DNA of 62,466 nt, filler included, from Sluysia triapertura (Eukaryota): NCBI GenBank assembly GCA_046118255.1. It is 5 parts of 5 records of this genome, joined end to end, with 100 filler letters (N's around TTAATTAATTAA, not from the genome) between each part and the next. Parts side by side here need not be neighbours in the genome. Positions count along the whole stretch, not along the records: positions 1 to 16,047 come from JBJNIA010212143.1; 4 more parts are not named here. One strand, written 5' to 3'. Every line of letters starts with the position of its first letter. The stretch's first letter is position 1. Position numbers and translations under genes: made by a program. This document shows, piece by piece, positions 1 to 11,609 of this stretch. Under the pieces are notes generated by a model, which was not told the DNA's origin, did no database searches, and worked only from the letters and a program-made list of their open reading frames with translations.

Positions 1-746
1 AAGATGTATATAGAGTTGAACGATTAAATGTAGAAATAGATAAACCGACGAGTAATATTGCAAAACATGTTTTGTATATGATTCTAAAAGATAATACTAT
101 AATCATAAGTAAAATAATACAAATAGTTAAAAAAATCAATCATTATCAGAAGGACGTTAAAGTTGTCCAAAGTTGTCTAAGCCTTAGTATAATGAGTTTA
201 AAAAAGGCACACGTTCTTCGAGAAATCAATACGGAACAATAAATGAACAAGACGTAACTATAAATTTAGTCATAGTTGAAGGAGATGAAGACATTTACTC
301 CAACAAGGTATTCTTAGTAAAATTTTATTTTTTTATTTATAATTCGTTAAAATTATTTAATTTAGACAATATCCAGAGAAGGTTTCAATTCATGGGGCAG
401 ACGTGGTAGTAAACCTGACGAGTTTGAAAATTTTGAGCAATGAAGGATTTAAGTTGAAATATTTAATATGTAATTTAAATTTTGATTCAATAAAGTTTTT
501 CTCATATATGACTTATGATTATTCTTTTATCTTTGTAAACGAAAATACTATTAGATTTAAAGTAAATGTTTTTAAATTAAAGATATTAAAATTTATGATC
601 CTACAGATAAACGAATTTTCGTTAACGATTTCATTAAACATAAACTCGACAAATTTTGAAGACAGTGTATAAAATCGGAAAATTCAACAAAATGCAACCT
701 TTTAATTATAAAATCTCGGTCATAACGTGGTATTCGGCCATCAAAT

Positions 747-2111
747 TTACCATGTCAAATTACGATATAATTCAAAGCAATAATACCTTAAATAACTGTA
801 TATGATCCAAACTTTATACCCTAATTTCATGTCATGAATATAAAATAAATTCTCTAAATTTGTGTCAACAATCTGAATCAAATCCTCCAAAATAGCGTCA
901 TTTGATGTAACGCTGATTAATTTGGCATCAGCAAATTGTTTCTCATGTAACAGAAATCCGGACTTCTTTCCGACATGGTAATAGTATTCTGTTAAACAGA
1001 CTGGCATTCGTTTAAGTTTCTTTTTGTCATTCTTCATCGTTTTACTACTAAACTTTGTTGACAGAATTAGCAAATCTCTCACCACACCACAACCCACTAA
1101 ATATAGACTGGAAAAAAGATTTCTTCAATCTGATTAGTATCATGAAGCATCACTGAAATTTGATCAGGTGTAACTAATATTCTAGAGAATTTACAATTAC
1201 TAAGTTCTGTTAGTTGATCAATTGTATTCGCATTTTCAGTTAAACACATTATTTTTAGACTTGATACTTCAATTATCTTAGTCGATTTACTATACTCTTC
1301 AGTTAGACTTCCTCCGAAGTTCATCAGCAAAATTTGAAAAGGTTGAATCTTCTCTACATTTAAACCGTGTCTTTTTGGGTCTTGTTTAACAAAGTTAAAA
1401 ATTCTCTTACATGGTTCCAGAAATCTAAAAACATATCAGGATATCGGAACAAAAATTAAGGATGACATTGTTTGAGTTAGATTTGAGTTAGATGCATCGC
1501 TCAAGAAAGATACATCACTTGACTTTATATATATAGCCCGATAAGTTGTATTATATTTTTAATGGCTTCATTCATACGATAAACATAACTCATTATATTA
1601 TCCAACGTTGGCATAAATATGCACATATAACATTTCATCACCTTTAGGTAAATCATCTAATTCTTCATATTTAAATGTAATCTGAAAACTTCATCTTTAT
1701 TTGAATCCATTGAATTATAATTTTTATATTTGTTACTAATCAGCACAACTTTTACATAACAATTTATAAAAACTTGAATGTTTTTCAGTATAATACCTTT
1801 TACTGTGTTTATTAAGAGATAACTGAGTTTCGTAAGATATTTTTTCATAAAGAACAATCATGTATAACTCCCTTTTGAAGACTAGTTTTGTTAATAAAGT
1901 TTTTTAACATAGAACAAAATTCTAAGAAACTTTTTTCATAATTTTCTGGTAGCGATGATAAAATACTTTTTCTATTATAGGACATAGAATTCACTAATAT
2001 TAATCCTTGTTTAGTTCCAACAAATAATTTGTCTTTGTATGCAGCAATACATTCACGGCTATGTGAAGTTTCCAATCGTGTAGCAATAAGTTTTGTAAAA
2101 CAGTTTATCAT
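747..2111 (-). pseudogene. VPS39: VPS39/Vam6-like N-terminal (CNH) region, fragmented
   Basis: ORF 1845-2111 'ECIAAYKDKLFVGTKQGLILV' matches the VPS39 N-terminus (DCLAAWEEWLLVGTKQGHLLL). Downstream fragments 'IEEIFFP' and 'LLHEKQFADA' resemble 'IKELFP' and 'LLQDKQFELA'. The frame is broken by stops and shifts; tiny introns may explain some breaks. Confidence 0.65.
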
Positions 2112-2609
2112 TTTAATCGTATAAAAATTTGATATTCCAGTTAACTAGTAAATTTAAATACGTGTTCAGCTCTTTTTTTACAAAGAGCAATTTTAATAAA
2201 AATTTTACAAATTGTTGTCTGTCTATTGCTTGTATCAATACTTGAGTTGGATCAAATTAATAATGAATGTAAGTTGTTCTCATTTGCTTTTCAACCAGAG
2301 GGATAAAAATAATGAAAAGAGCTACTCTGGTTGGACAACCAATGATATCACTGAAAATTTCTTGTATTGAAAGGCTAATCACTATAAATGACAACAATTT
2401 ATACATGCGAACTAATAGTGTCACCATTGATAGTGGTAGTTACAGGTTAGCAAATTTAATTATGTACTGATAAAAATGATAATAATAATTATAATAATAA
2501 AATTTATAATTATAATTATAAAATTTACGAAAATGAAAAATTGAAATGGCAAAATATTAATTTAAAAATATACATCTTTTATTATAATGTTGCATCTTTA
2601 AATATAATT

Positions 2610-2950
2610 AGTTATTACAACTCAATATTATCTTGATTAGTTTAAAAGAATCTTGATAATTTAAGTAAACAAAATATAAGTAACCTTCCTTTTTAATATT
2701 AATAACTATTATCCCAAATTTATGTTCTTGAAAATCAAATCAAAACTAAGTCAATAATATACTATTAAATAAAAATCGAAATCGAATTTATTATTATTTC
2801 ACTAAATAAAACTAAAAAGAACCAATATGACAAGAATAACAATATCATTTTATAATAAGATCAAGAATATTACAATCTAATTAAAACAAAACAATGCAAC
2901 AGACACGAGCAATATCAATGTCTAGAAAATTAATAGTAATTATGTTATTT
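2610..2950. repeat. Fragment of repeat family A (distal part)
   Basis: 'gttattacaactc...aataactattatcccaaatttatgttcttgaaaatcaaatcaaaactaag' matches the reverse complement of ~21060-21340 and partly 11610-11790. Confidence 0.7.
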
Positions 2951-4429
2951 AAATATTAAACAATAGAAAACTGAAACAGAATGTAAGGACCATGGACTTG
3001 AACTAGCTTTACTTAATCAGTAAATAGATAATGTTGTGGATCAGAAGAACGGTAAAATACATGATTTTGTAAGATGAATACAGGCGCATACAAAAAGATT
3101 TTTTGCCGCTGCTAGTCAATTCAAACAATATGAATTTGTTACCTAAAAATTGGAGTGTTGAATTACAAATTATTTAATGACGACGAATTAATATGATAGA
3201 TTTGGTTTATGAATTTGTGTGCTTACATATGAATAACACTTTTGTAATTCAAAGAAGTTGGATATTAACCAAATAAATAATATGAATGAAATTTGTATTT
3301 TTGATATAAGAAATTTTGTTTAAAAAAATTTATTTTAAAGTAATTTAATACGTTTCTCTAATAGAATGTAATTGCCTTATTATTTTTGGCAAGAAAAATA
3401 CTAGTGATAAATAGAGGATAATACGGTTGAAAAAATGACGCCTTTATAAAATAAAAGTTTGATAGAGTATGGATGCCACACAATTCCAATAATGAAGTAA
3501 TTTTATGTCATGTGCAGATGCTAGATATAAGTAATAACGTTTGAGTTTGTATAAAAATTACGGGCATACCGAACTATAAACTGTTGAAGTTATTTCAAAT
3601 TATCTTAAATATTTCATTATCTATTGATTTATAACGAGTGGATATATTTTTGGTTACTATTTTGTTTCTAAAAAAATGCTGTTTTTGTTTTGGATAGGGA
3701 GCTTCATATTCGTATAACGCAATGCGTGCATGAGGATCAACACGGATTTTAATGACATCGGTTTCATGGACATCTGTAAAGAACTGAATATGTTTAAATT
3801 TATACACAAAAGAAATTTGGGATTAATCCAAGATCGTGAAACCTTGACAACTGAAAAATGAATTGAATTAATCAATAATAGATACTAGATTAGGTACTAA
3901 ATTTAGATCAAGTTATGGTCTGTCTTACAGATGATGGTGATTCAGTTATGCAAAAGGTTGGAAAATTAATAAAGTACTAATAACAACTTTTTGTTCACGC
4001 TATTGAATTGAAATTTGTTGAGGCCTTATAAATGAAACAAACCGGTAATTCACAATAATATTTTAAATTAATTAATAAATCTCTAATGACATTTTTACAA
4101 TGACGTGTTGGCTGTGAACTACATTGTTCAGTGACTCAGTTCTACATTTAAAACTAGAACTGTTAATTCTAAAGGCATAGAAATTAATGATTTTTGTTCC
4201 GTGCAACCCATACCATGTCTAAAGCCATTTTGGGGAGAAGGGATGATAAATAAAAGGTTTATTATGATATTAATTAGATATTTATTTAGCGGTTTGAAAA
4301 ATGAAGTTAACATATACATTAACTTATTGAATGTATTTAACAAGTCTTTGTGCTGGATTTATGATTAATTTAAAAAATATTGATTATAGCTGCTTAATAT
4401 TATGTTGATACAAGTAAATTCAATATTTG

Positions 4430-4960
4430 AAAACTTTCGTTTCCCTTCAAAAAAAGTAAAAAATGAATAAGATATGCATAAAACAGAGTAGAATAAGGGA
4501 TCAAACCACATAAAAAGAAATAGACAAGAAAGCATCTCACTTTGTTTTGTATTCCCGTTTCCAAACTCTTGCCGAAAGTTTGATTTCGCCTAGTGGTGAT
4601 CGTATTTTGTATTAATGATGCAGTGGTCTTAACAAATTCATAGTTTATGTTGATCTATTTCTTGACAGTTTTATGAGTAGTGTTTGTGTTCGACACATTG
4701 TCGTGTTTAATAGAAGTGACTTCATGAGTAGCGTTTGAAATCCATATTGCAATTCATAGAAGTAACTGTATCAATGACATTTGCCTTGCATATGTTCCAT
4801 TTCATGATACTGGCTTTTATAGTATCATTTGGCGTGACAATAATTTGTAGAAGTAATTGTATTAGTAAGATTTACCTTGAATGTATTGTTGCATTTTACG
4901 ATAAAGACTATAATAACGGCGTTTGGTGTTGGGAGAAGTAATTGTATTAGTATCAATGGA
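4430..4960 (-). pseudogene. Decayed Thr-rich (mucin-like) membrane/surface protein
   Basis: Minus-strand frames read T/S-rich ('SNATHEVTSIKHDNVSNTNTTHKT', 'KTTASLIQNTITTRRNQT') and end in a hydrophobic stretch. Stops and frameshifts are present. Direct repeat agaagtaattgtattagta near 4849 and 4934. Confidence 0.35.
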
Positions 4961-5420
4961 TCTGAACGTCTGCCAGGCATCGCGTTAAACAAAGCCTAGC
5001 ACTTTATTTATGCAATTTAACTATTTAACAGTCGGATTTTTTGATAAATTGTCACTTTATTTTTATTTGACTACATTTATTAATACAATTAATTAATTAC
5101 AATAAATTTACTCAAATGTTGCCCGAACGAGACTCGGGAAAATTTCACGCCGAGTGCAGTTTGGTCAAAACTGTCACGTGATTAAATCTTCTTTCAGTCA
5201 TTTTTAGTATTGATATTATTAACAACAAAATAATTATTAAGTCTTACGATAACTTAGAATAAAATTAATTTTAAATAAAAAATTTTATTTAAATCGTTAT
5301 CGAATATGCAAAACACAAAGTATATCATCAAATTTTTATTTCGAACATAAATAAAATTTATATAAAAATTATTCTTTTCATATCTTTAACGTTCTATGGA
5401 AATTGATTCTAAAATTGGAA

Positions 5421-5810
5421 TTATAAAGTCATTTTAAATATTATAAAAATCAAAATTGACAAAATGTTTTTAAACAAAAAATATACCTTATTCAAGTCTT
5501 TATTAACAAAGCAGTGTGGCCGATTCGAGCTGTAGTTAAAATTTTCCGGAATGGATACTAGTTCCTTACGACAATGAACGTAAGGACATCGATCACCATA
5601 TTTAACGCATTGTCCCCATGTGATAGGTTGAAATGGGCAAAGTACATATTTTGTAGATTTATATTTGTCATTCGGTTGAACCACATTACCAAGTTCATCG
5701 TTGCCAAGGGTATATTCGTGAGAAAAATCTTTATTCCCATTGTTCAAAATATTCTTGGTGGAAAATATAAGATTCGGATAATGAATATTTGATATACTGA
5801 CATACTTCAT
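5421..5810 (-). CDS. CCCH zinc-finger protein fragment (copy 1), possibly a pseudogene
   Basis: 'KYKSTKYVLCPFQPITWGQCVKYGDRCPYVH' is C-x9-C-x6-C-x3-H with a TIS11-like lead-in. Probable GT..AG intron ~5487-5409. Confidence 0.7.
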   Translation of the reverse strand: MKYVSISNIHYPNLIFSTKNILNNGNKDFSHEYTLGNDELGNVVQPNDKYKSTKYVLCPFQPITWGQCVKYGDRCPYVHCRKELVSIPENFNYSSNRPHCFVNKDLNKVYFLFKNILSILIFIIFKMTL

Positions 5811-7599
5811 TGTATCTAATGTTAAGCATCATTTACCTTGTGATTTACATGACGTAAATTGAATTGATATTAATTGTTTCTAACATGAGTATAAATATTC
5901 TTTGGAAAATCATATTTCATCAAAATCTTTATTTAATGAATAAACAACGTTGGGTTTCATACGATTTTACTACAGTATAATCTTCACTATATAAGATGGT
6001 GCTACATTCTTATCAGATCGTTGTTCTGATGATACATTAAGGTTTAACGGATTAAGAGTTTAATTTTTAAGGTTTAATTGATTTATACTGTCCGTTTTCT
6101 ATGAAGTCGAAAACATCTTTATCCTTATATTTTTCTTCCAATTGTTTTATTATTTTAATTATAGCATTCTTATATTCTTTTAGTTTAGGTAATAATTTCT
6201 TATATTCACTAAAATTTGTAAATGCATTAGATAAAAAGGCATAAACTATATTTTTCGTATCTAATTCTAATATTTCTTCATTTTCATCTATTATCTTGGT
6301 CAGATCTATAACATTTCTTTTAACGGGATTATTCATTATTATTACATATTCATTTTTTGTATTAGTTTCTTTAACACTTGTTTCAATATGTGGATTTTTA
6401 TTTAAGGTCCACTATATAATCGGGTTCCTCTATTGTATCATTGTTTTCAGCTATTTCATTACCATTTTTTATCGTTTCATTATCATTATTTTTTATTGTT
6501 TTCATGTCATTTTCATCCATTAATTGTCTTAAGAATGACTGGGGATTTTTATTTACATCTTCCTCCGATATGTCTTCAAATGCGTTTTCATATTCAACAG
6601 TTTTATTAACGGTAACAGCTTTTATTATTTTCTCGTGGTCTCCTAATCGTTAAGAAAATCTGTAGGAATTAAATATCTATTATCGTAAAATAAGTCCGCA
6701 TTCAAAATTGATGGGTCATTTGATTATATTATTTCAATGATATCTTGAACCAACGAAGTCACTGGTAATTCCATAAAAACATTAATAAGTCCTTTTAATG
6801 AAATGTTAATATTCATTAACATCCGCGGTTCTATTTTTCTTTCCATTAGTGCTCTTTTTTAATAAATTTCTTGCTTTATATTGATGAGGGTTATTAGCTT
6901 CACTTAATATAACCAAACTTGGTTTAATACTCTGTGCGTTAAACATTTAAATCCAAATTCAAAATTTTATCCAAATTTCTATCGATATCGTCATCATTTT
7001 CTAATTCAGTAAGGAATGCCTTTGTTTCTTCACACAATGTTGGTTCTGGAGTGTCTATTTCTCTGATTATTCTGGTCAACTGTTTGTTTTTCCTCTCATT
7101 ACCTAATATAATCATTGAGTCCAAATCCTCAATTATATCATTAACCAAATTATTTTTATTGATTGATTCCTCCAGTTGATTAATTCATTCTTCGTTTGTT
7201 ATATTATTGTCCTTTTCCCATCTTTTAATAATTGCTTCGACCTTTTTCCTTTCTTCCTCTATCTCTTGCATATTTATATTCTGTTGTTCTTTCACTACTT
7301 TCACTATTCTATTTTCATTCTCCATTTTTCGACAAAAGTAATTGATGAACGTTTCGTCCTCGTCTTGTTCTATTTTTGTTTTTCTTTCTTCGCGAATATC
7401 CATGCTATCTAATTTCGCTCTACGAAATTCACGTAACATTTCTTCCTCTTCATCTGTTAGTCTTCTTGGATATTTTTCATAACCAAAATCTTCATCGTAA
7501 TTGCAGTTGATTTGTCCCTTATCTTCGAATTTTACTCTTTTTGGAGAATTTTGTCTATTTCTATTAAAGTTTTGCTTGAAAGTTTCGGATTTCAGCCTG

Positions 7600-7641
7600 T
7601 GCAGTTACAAGCATAATGTTCTGATTTGTTACAATTATGAC
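7600..7641 (-). other. CCHC zinc knuckle of Gag, out of frame
   Basis: tgt cat aat tgt aac aaa tca gaa cat tat gct tgt aac tgc = CHNCNKSEHYACNC (CX2CX4HX4C), in a different frame from Gag and from the downstream extension. Confidence 0.85.
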
Positions 7642-8681
7642 ATTAATTCTCCTTCGGTATTAGTCCTTGTTTTGTAATTTGACCGAGATGGACTTTTGTT
7701 TCTATCAAAATTATTTCTTTGTCCATCATTGCTTGGCCATCTGGGCGATGGTCGCTGCTCGTAATCTCTGGACCCATTGTTAGAATAATTTCTGGCAAAT
7801 CCTCTTGTAGGTCTTGTATTTTGATAATTTCTGTCCGAATTTTGATAATCTCTTCCTGAATTTTGATAATTATTTCCTTGGTTTTGATAATTATTTCTTG
7901 AATTATAACTATTTAAACTTCTTTTATTTTCCCTAGATTTATATGTATCTAAATCACTATCTTCAAAATATTCTCTAGGTTTATTTTTAGGTGATTCACT
8001 CCTAACATTTTTAACCTTATCTATATAATTTATATTACCTTTTTCTTTTTGAGATTTTTCTGTTTCTTTTTGTGACCTTTCTATACCCCTTAAAGTGTTT
8101 ACTACTTCCTTAAATGGTTTATTATCTATTAAACTTACAAATACTTGCAATTCAGGTAGTAAACCGTTCTTAAGTTTATCTATTAACGTTGCTTCCCTCG
8201 TATCATTAGGTATTTTAGCCATTACTACCAAACATTTTAACGCGCAAGCAAATTCATAAACAGTTTCATCTTTTTGTTTCATCATTCTAAGATGATATTT
8301 ACCTGTGTCATTTAAAGCAATTTCTTCTGTAAACGCATTTAAAAATGTAATCCAATCTTGTTTTTTCTCTGGTTCAATTTCTTTGTACGTCTGGATCGCG
8401 ACGCCTGTCAAATAATTTTGAATTTGTTTAATTTTGTATATTTCTGACCAGCCGTTGACTTCTGTAACGTTGTCATATTCATAAAGAAAATTGCATAATT
8501 CTTCTTCATTTCCACTAAATTTCCTCATTTCTGGGAGGATAACAGCAGGTTTTATATTCAATGATAAATGCTTAATGCAGTCCTCTAAATCTTCAACAGT
8601 TTGTTCCATATTTAGGTTACTTTGCTTAGTTCTCCTAGTTCTACTTATTTTAATATTTTCTAAAGAATTGATTCTGCGCAA
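7635..8681 (-). CDS. Retrotransposon Gag (capsid-like), 348 aa
   Basis: 'KFSGNEEELCNFLYEYDNVTEVNGWSE...LTGVA', 'MKQKDETVYEFACALKCL' and 'LKNGLLPELQ' are typical retrotransposon-gag motifs. N/Q/R-rich tail. Confidence 0.85.
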   Translation of the reverse strand: MRRINSLENIKISRTRRTKQSNLNMEQTVEDLEDCIKHLSLNIKPAVILPEMRKFSGNEEELCNFLYEYDNVTEVNGWSEIYKIKQIQNYLTGVAIQTYKEIEPEKKQDWITFLNAFTEEIALNDTGKYHLRMMKQKDETVYEFACALKCLVVMAKIPNDTREATLIDKLKNGLLPELQVFVSLIDNKPFKEVVNTLRGIERSQKETEKSQKEKGNINYIDKVKNVRSESPKNKPREYFEDSDLDTYKSRENKRSLNSYNSRNNYQNQGNNYQNSGRDYQNSDRNYQNTRPTRGFARNYSNNGSRDYEQRPSPRWPSNDGQRNNFDRNKSPSRSNYKTRTNTEGELMS

Positions 8682-8831
8682 TCCGCTTCTATTTTCTTTG
8701 TCGTTTATGTCTATCCTTAAAAAACATCAAAAAATCCAGAAATAAAAATGCTTAAACTTAAATAGTTTAGCTACTTAAACTTAGACTTTTAGTCTTAAAT
8801 ATCAAAAGTCAATTGTTACGTCAATCGTTAG

Positions 8832-8849
8832 GTCCCAATTCGGGCGCCA
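8832..8849 (-). promoter_or_regulatory. Primer binding site, tRNA-Lys type
   Basis: The minus strand reads TGGCGCCCGAATTGGGAC, 16/18 identical to the tRNA-Lys3 PBS TGGCGCCCGAACAGGGAC, and lies upstream of gag. Confidence 0.85.
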
Positions 8850-8908
8850 AATAATTGTTCAGTATTTACTTTACTTTTATCTTAATGAACAGTTATAATT
8901 ATTTTATC

Positions 8909-8960
8909 GGGTCCGCCTATAATCTAAGTTTTATATCTCACGGAAGACTTAGTTATAGGA
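8909..8960. other. Conserved U5-region hairpin of the gypsy LTR
   Basis: CCTATAATCTAAGTT...GACTTAGTTATAGG inverted repeat; near-identical at 30131-30181. Confidence 0.7.
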
Positions 8961-9152
8961 AATAATGTCAATGCTACGAAAAGATAATCTTAAACTTGAT
9001 GCACGATTTGCTGATTCAAAAAGAATTCAATCACTAGTAGAGGGTCTGTTGCTTTATTAACGAAGTATTTTTACTTAGTTACAAAAACGCTATTAACACT
9101 CTAATATATGTATTAAACAAAATGAGAATAAAGATACAAAAATTAAATATGG

Positions 9153-9155
<3 letters not shown>

Positions 9156-9185
<30 letters not shown>
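9156..9185. repeat. (TA)n microsatellite
   Basis: Direct reading. Confidence 0.9.
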
Positions 9186-9188
<3 letters not shown>

Positions 9189-10021
9189 TACAAAAGCTTG
9201 GATTTCTCCAAGGTTTTAATATAGATGAAATTAAAATTAAATTAGCGAATGCTTGGGTTTCGAAATTTTATTGATTTTAGGTCTGATTTTGATACAAAAA
9301 TATTATTGTACAAATCCTAATAGCAAATGCTTACTAATTTTGGATCATAACAGCAAAATTGCATTTTCAATAAATCCAATAAACTTCAATTTTTTACAAA
9401 AAAATTCTGCAATGGATTAGCTTCGTTTACTGTAAACTATTACTTAAATTTTTCAACTAGTAGAATCTCTTCAAGAGAGCGTATTAATTTAAGATTTATA
9501 AGAATGTTTATTTTCTTGTGTGTTTTTCAAGAATTGTTTTACCTTTTATATACTTTTAGAGTTATTGATAAAACCCGAAAATATTCTTTATTATTTAATG
9601 AAAAATTTAAAATAAAAATTAATAATTATTTGTACCGCAGATTTTAAGATAAAAATTAATCTATTTAGTTAAGTCAATTTGTACTTTATTCTTTTGATTA
9701 ACTACTGCAATTTTTTGAACTTGGATTATTTGATTAAATAATGATTAATTGATAAATCTTTTGAAATAATAATTATATAATTATCTTTTTAATTAAACAA
9801 ATAATTAATAATTTAATTATTATGACCCAAAATTTTCAGTATTTTTTTAAAATTTCTTAATATTTTCATAATTTCTTAATATTTACAGATATATTTCAAG
9901 GATGAAACCTTATCTTTTAAAGAACTTAAATAAATGATAAAAGGTACGATCAAAAAGGATCCGTTCATATACGAAGCGAAATAATAATTATAAGATGTTG
10001 TATTGTTCAAAATTACAATAC

Positions 10022-10520
10022 GTCACATTACACTAAAAATAACAATTCTACAACATCTAAATCATTTATTTCATCAAAAATCATTAAAATCGTAATTTAA
10101 ATTTAAACATAATAATAATAATTTAAGTGGCATTTCTCTTAACACTTTTAACGTCATCAAATATCCCTTACAATTTCTCTTTTCTCCACTTTTATTATTA
10201 TCCTTCCATTTTCTCATTTTATTAGAATTCATTTTACTCGAACACATAAATTCTCATCAACAATCATTATATGACAAAGAATTATATGCAGGCATTAAAT
10301 CTATGCAAAGAACATTAAGAACAAATTTTATTCTAAAGAAAAGAAGTTTTATTTCAAGGATAAAGATAAAGAAATATGTTAAGAAAAAGAACTAATTTTA
10401 AAAAGAATAAAGAAAGGTGTAAAGATTTTTGTGTTTTATTTACTTTTATTATTATTATTATTTTCATTTCTATTATTATTAATAGTATTAATAATACTAT
10501 TATTCTTATTAATTTTAATT
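10022..10520 (+). repeat. Repeat family C head ((T)GTCACA...)
   Basis: Matches the reverse complement of ~34560-34855 ('tcaaaaatcattaaaatcgtaatttaaattt' vs 'tcaaaaatcattacaattgtaattcaaattc'). Confidence 0.6.
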
Positions 10521-10531
10521 ATCATTATTAT

Positions 10532-10670
10532 TGTTGGGATTGTCCAACTTTGGATTACGAGACGAGTAAAAGACATATAGAATTACAAGTGAAGGAAGAA
10601 TTGATGAGAAGTGATAGATGAAGTATTATAAATGTCAAAGGTCAATTAAATATAATAACATTACAACAAA
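10532..10670 (+). repeat. Repeat family A head (TGTTGGGATTGTCC...)
   Basis: Near-identical to 62348-62450 and similar to the termini at 19259 (+), 13453 (-) and 29508 (-). Confidence 0.8.
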
Positions 10671-11508
10671 TATAGTAACATTAAATTATTATGATTTTAA
10701 ATTATCGATTTTATGGTTGCATTTTATCGATTTTAATTGAACATAATTGTTTATTTTATTATTATTGGATTCTTATTGGATTCTTTTACTAATTTTATTA
10801 CTGTAAGTTTATTTTATTTTAATTATTAACTTTTAATAATTCTACTTAAAAAAAATTAAAAAATTGTAATTAATATTAAAATTGAAATTTTAATAATTTT
10901 GTTTAAATAATTTTATTTAAATAACCTTCAAGGTTAATGTGTAAAAGTGCATAAATACTAATCACATATACGTATTTTTCACAATTCGTTTTACTCAATT
11001 ACAATTTTATTTGTCGACTCGTTTTGGTAAATTGATGAAAAATAATTTTGGACAAGACTTGAAGCACTTTTACAAATTAACCTGATAAAATTTCTCTTTG
11101 TAAACGTATGTTTATTTTATTTATGACGAGATATTATTAAATATCACTGAAAAATATACTTAAAATATTTTAATAAAATAATTTTGATCTTGTAATAGAT
11201 CACTGTAAATTCACTAATAACATTTTATTAATTGGAATTACAAAGGATAATTCCCAGTAAACTATTTTATTATTTCCTTTTATTGTGAACTCATATTTTA
11301 TTTTGTGTGATTAATAAATCTTTTATAAAATTATTATTACACTTATTAATATTAAATTAAGTAGTCTCAAAATAGAGAAATTCTTACTCGATAGAGATTG
11401 TCCTAGTTAAATTTTGTTAATTAAGTAACTAAATTTTAAAGAATACTTATCATAGGATTTATGCAAAATATCCATTAAATTGTTAATTAACAAACCTCCA
11501 GACGACCA

Positions 11509-11603
11509 AAACGGCTGGCCCTCGCTGGTAAGTCCAGTACGTTGGTGAACTCACAATATCTTAAATCAACTTTTATTCTATTCATGTAACATTATTTCTC
11601 ACA
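11509..11603 (+). repeat. Family B LTR-like 3' end with splice-donor hairpin (copy 1)
   Basis: ACGGCTGGCCCTCGCTGGTAAGTCCAGTACGTTGGTGAACTCAC...TCTCACA; also at 21343-21438 (-), 32284-32374, 50056-50161 and ~51546-51635 (-). Confidence 0.8.
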
Positions 11604-11609
11604 ATATTG

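Larger units (their letters stand above)
6067..10017 (-). mobile_element. Ty3/gypsy-like LTR retrotransposon, 3'-truncated or pol-less, degenerate
   Basis: LTR-like region (~8852-10017, outer boundary approximate), Lys-tRNA PBS, Gag ORF, CCHC knuckle and a long broken downstream frame. No protease/RT/integrase motifs and no 3' LTR seen. Confidence 0.8.

Noticed and set aside
1-672. Short plus-strand frames and an intron-like GT..AG at ~308-365
   Set aside because: No recognisable product and interrupted by stops.
11509-11554. HDV-ribozyme-like CCTCGCTGG in the family B hairpin
   Set aside because: This loop is the variable part across the five copies, and the nested double pseudoknot could not be built.
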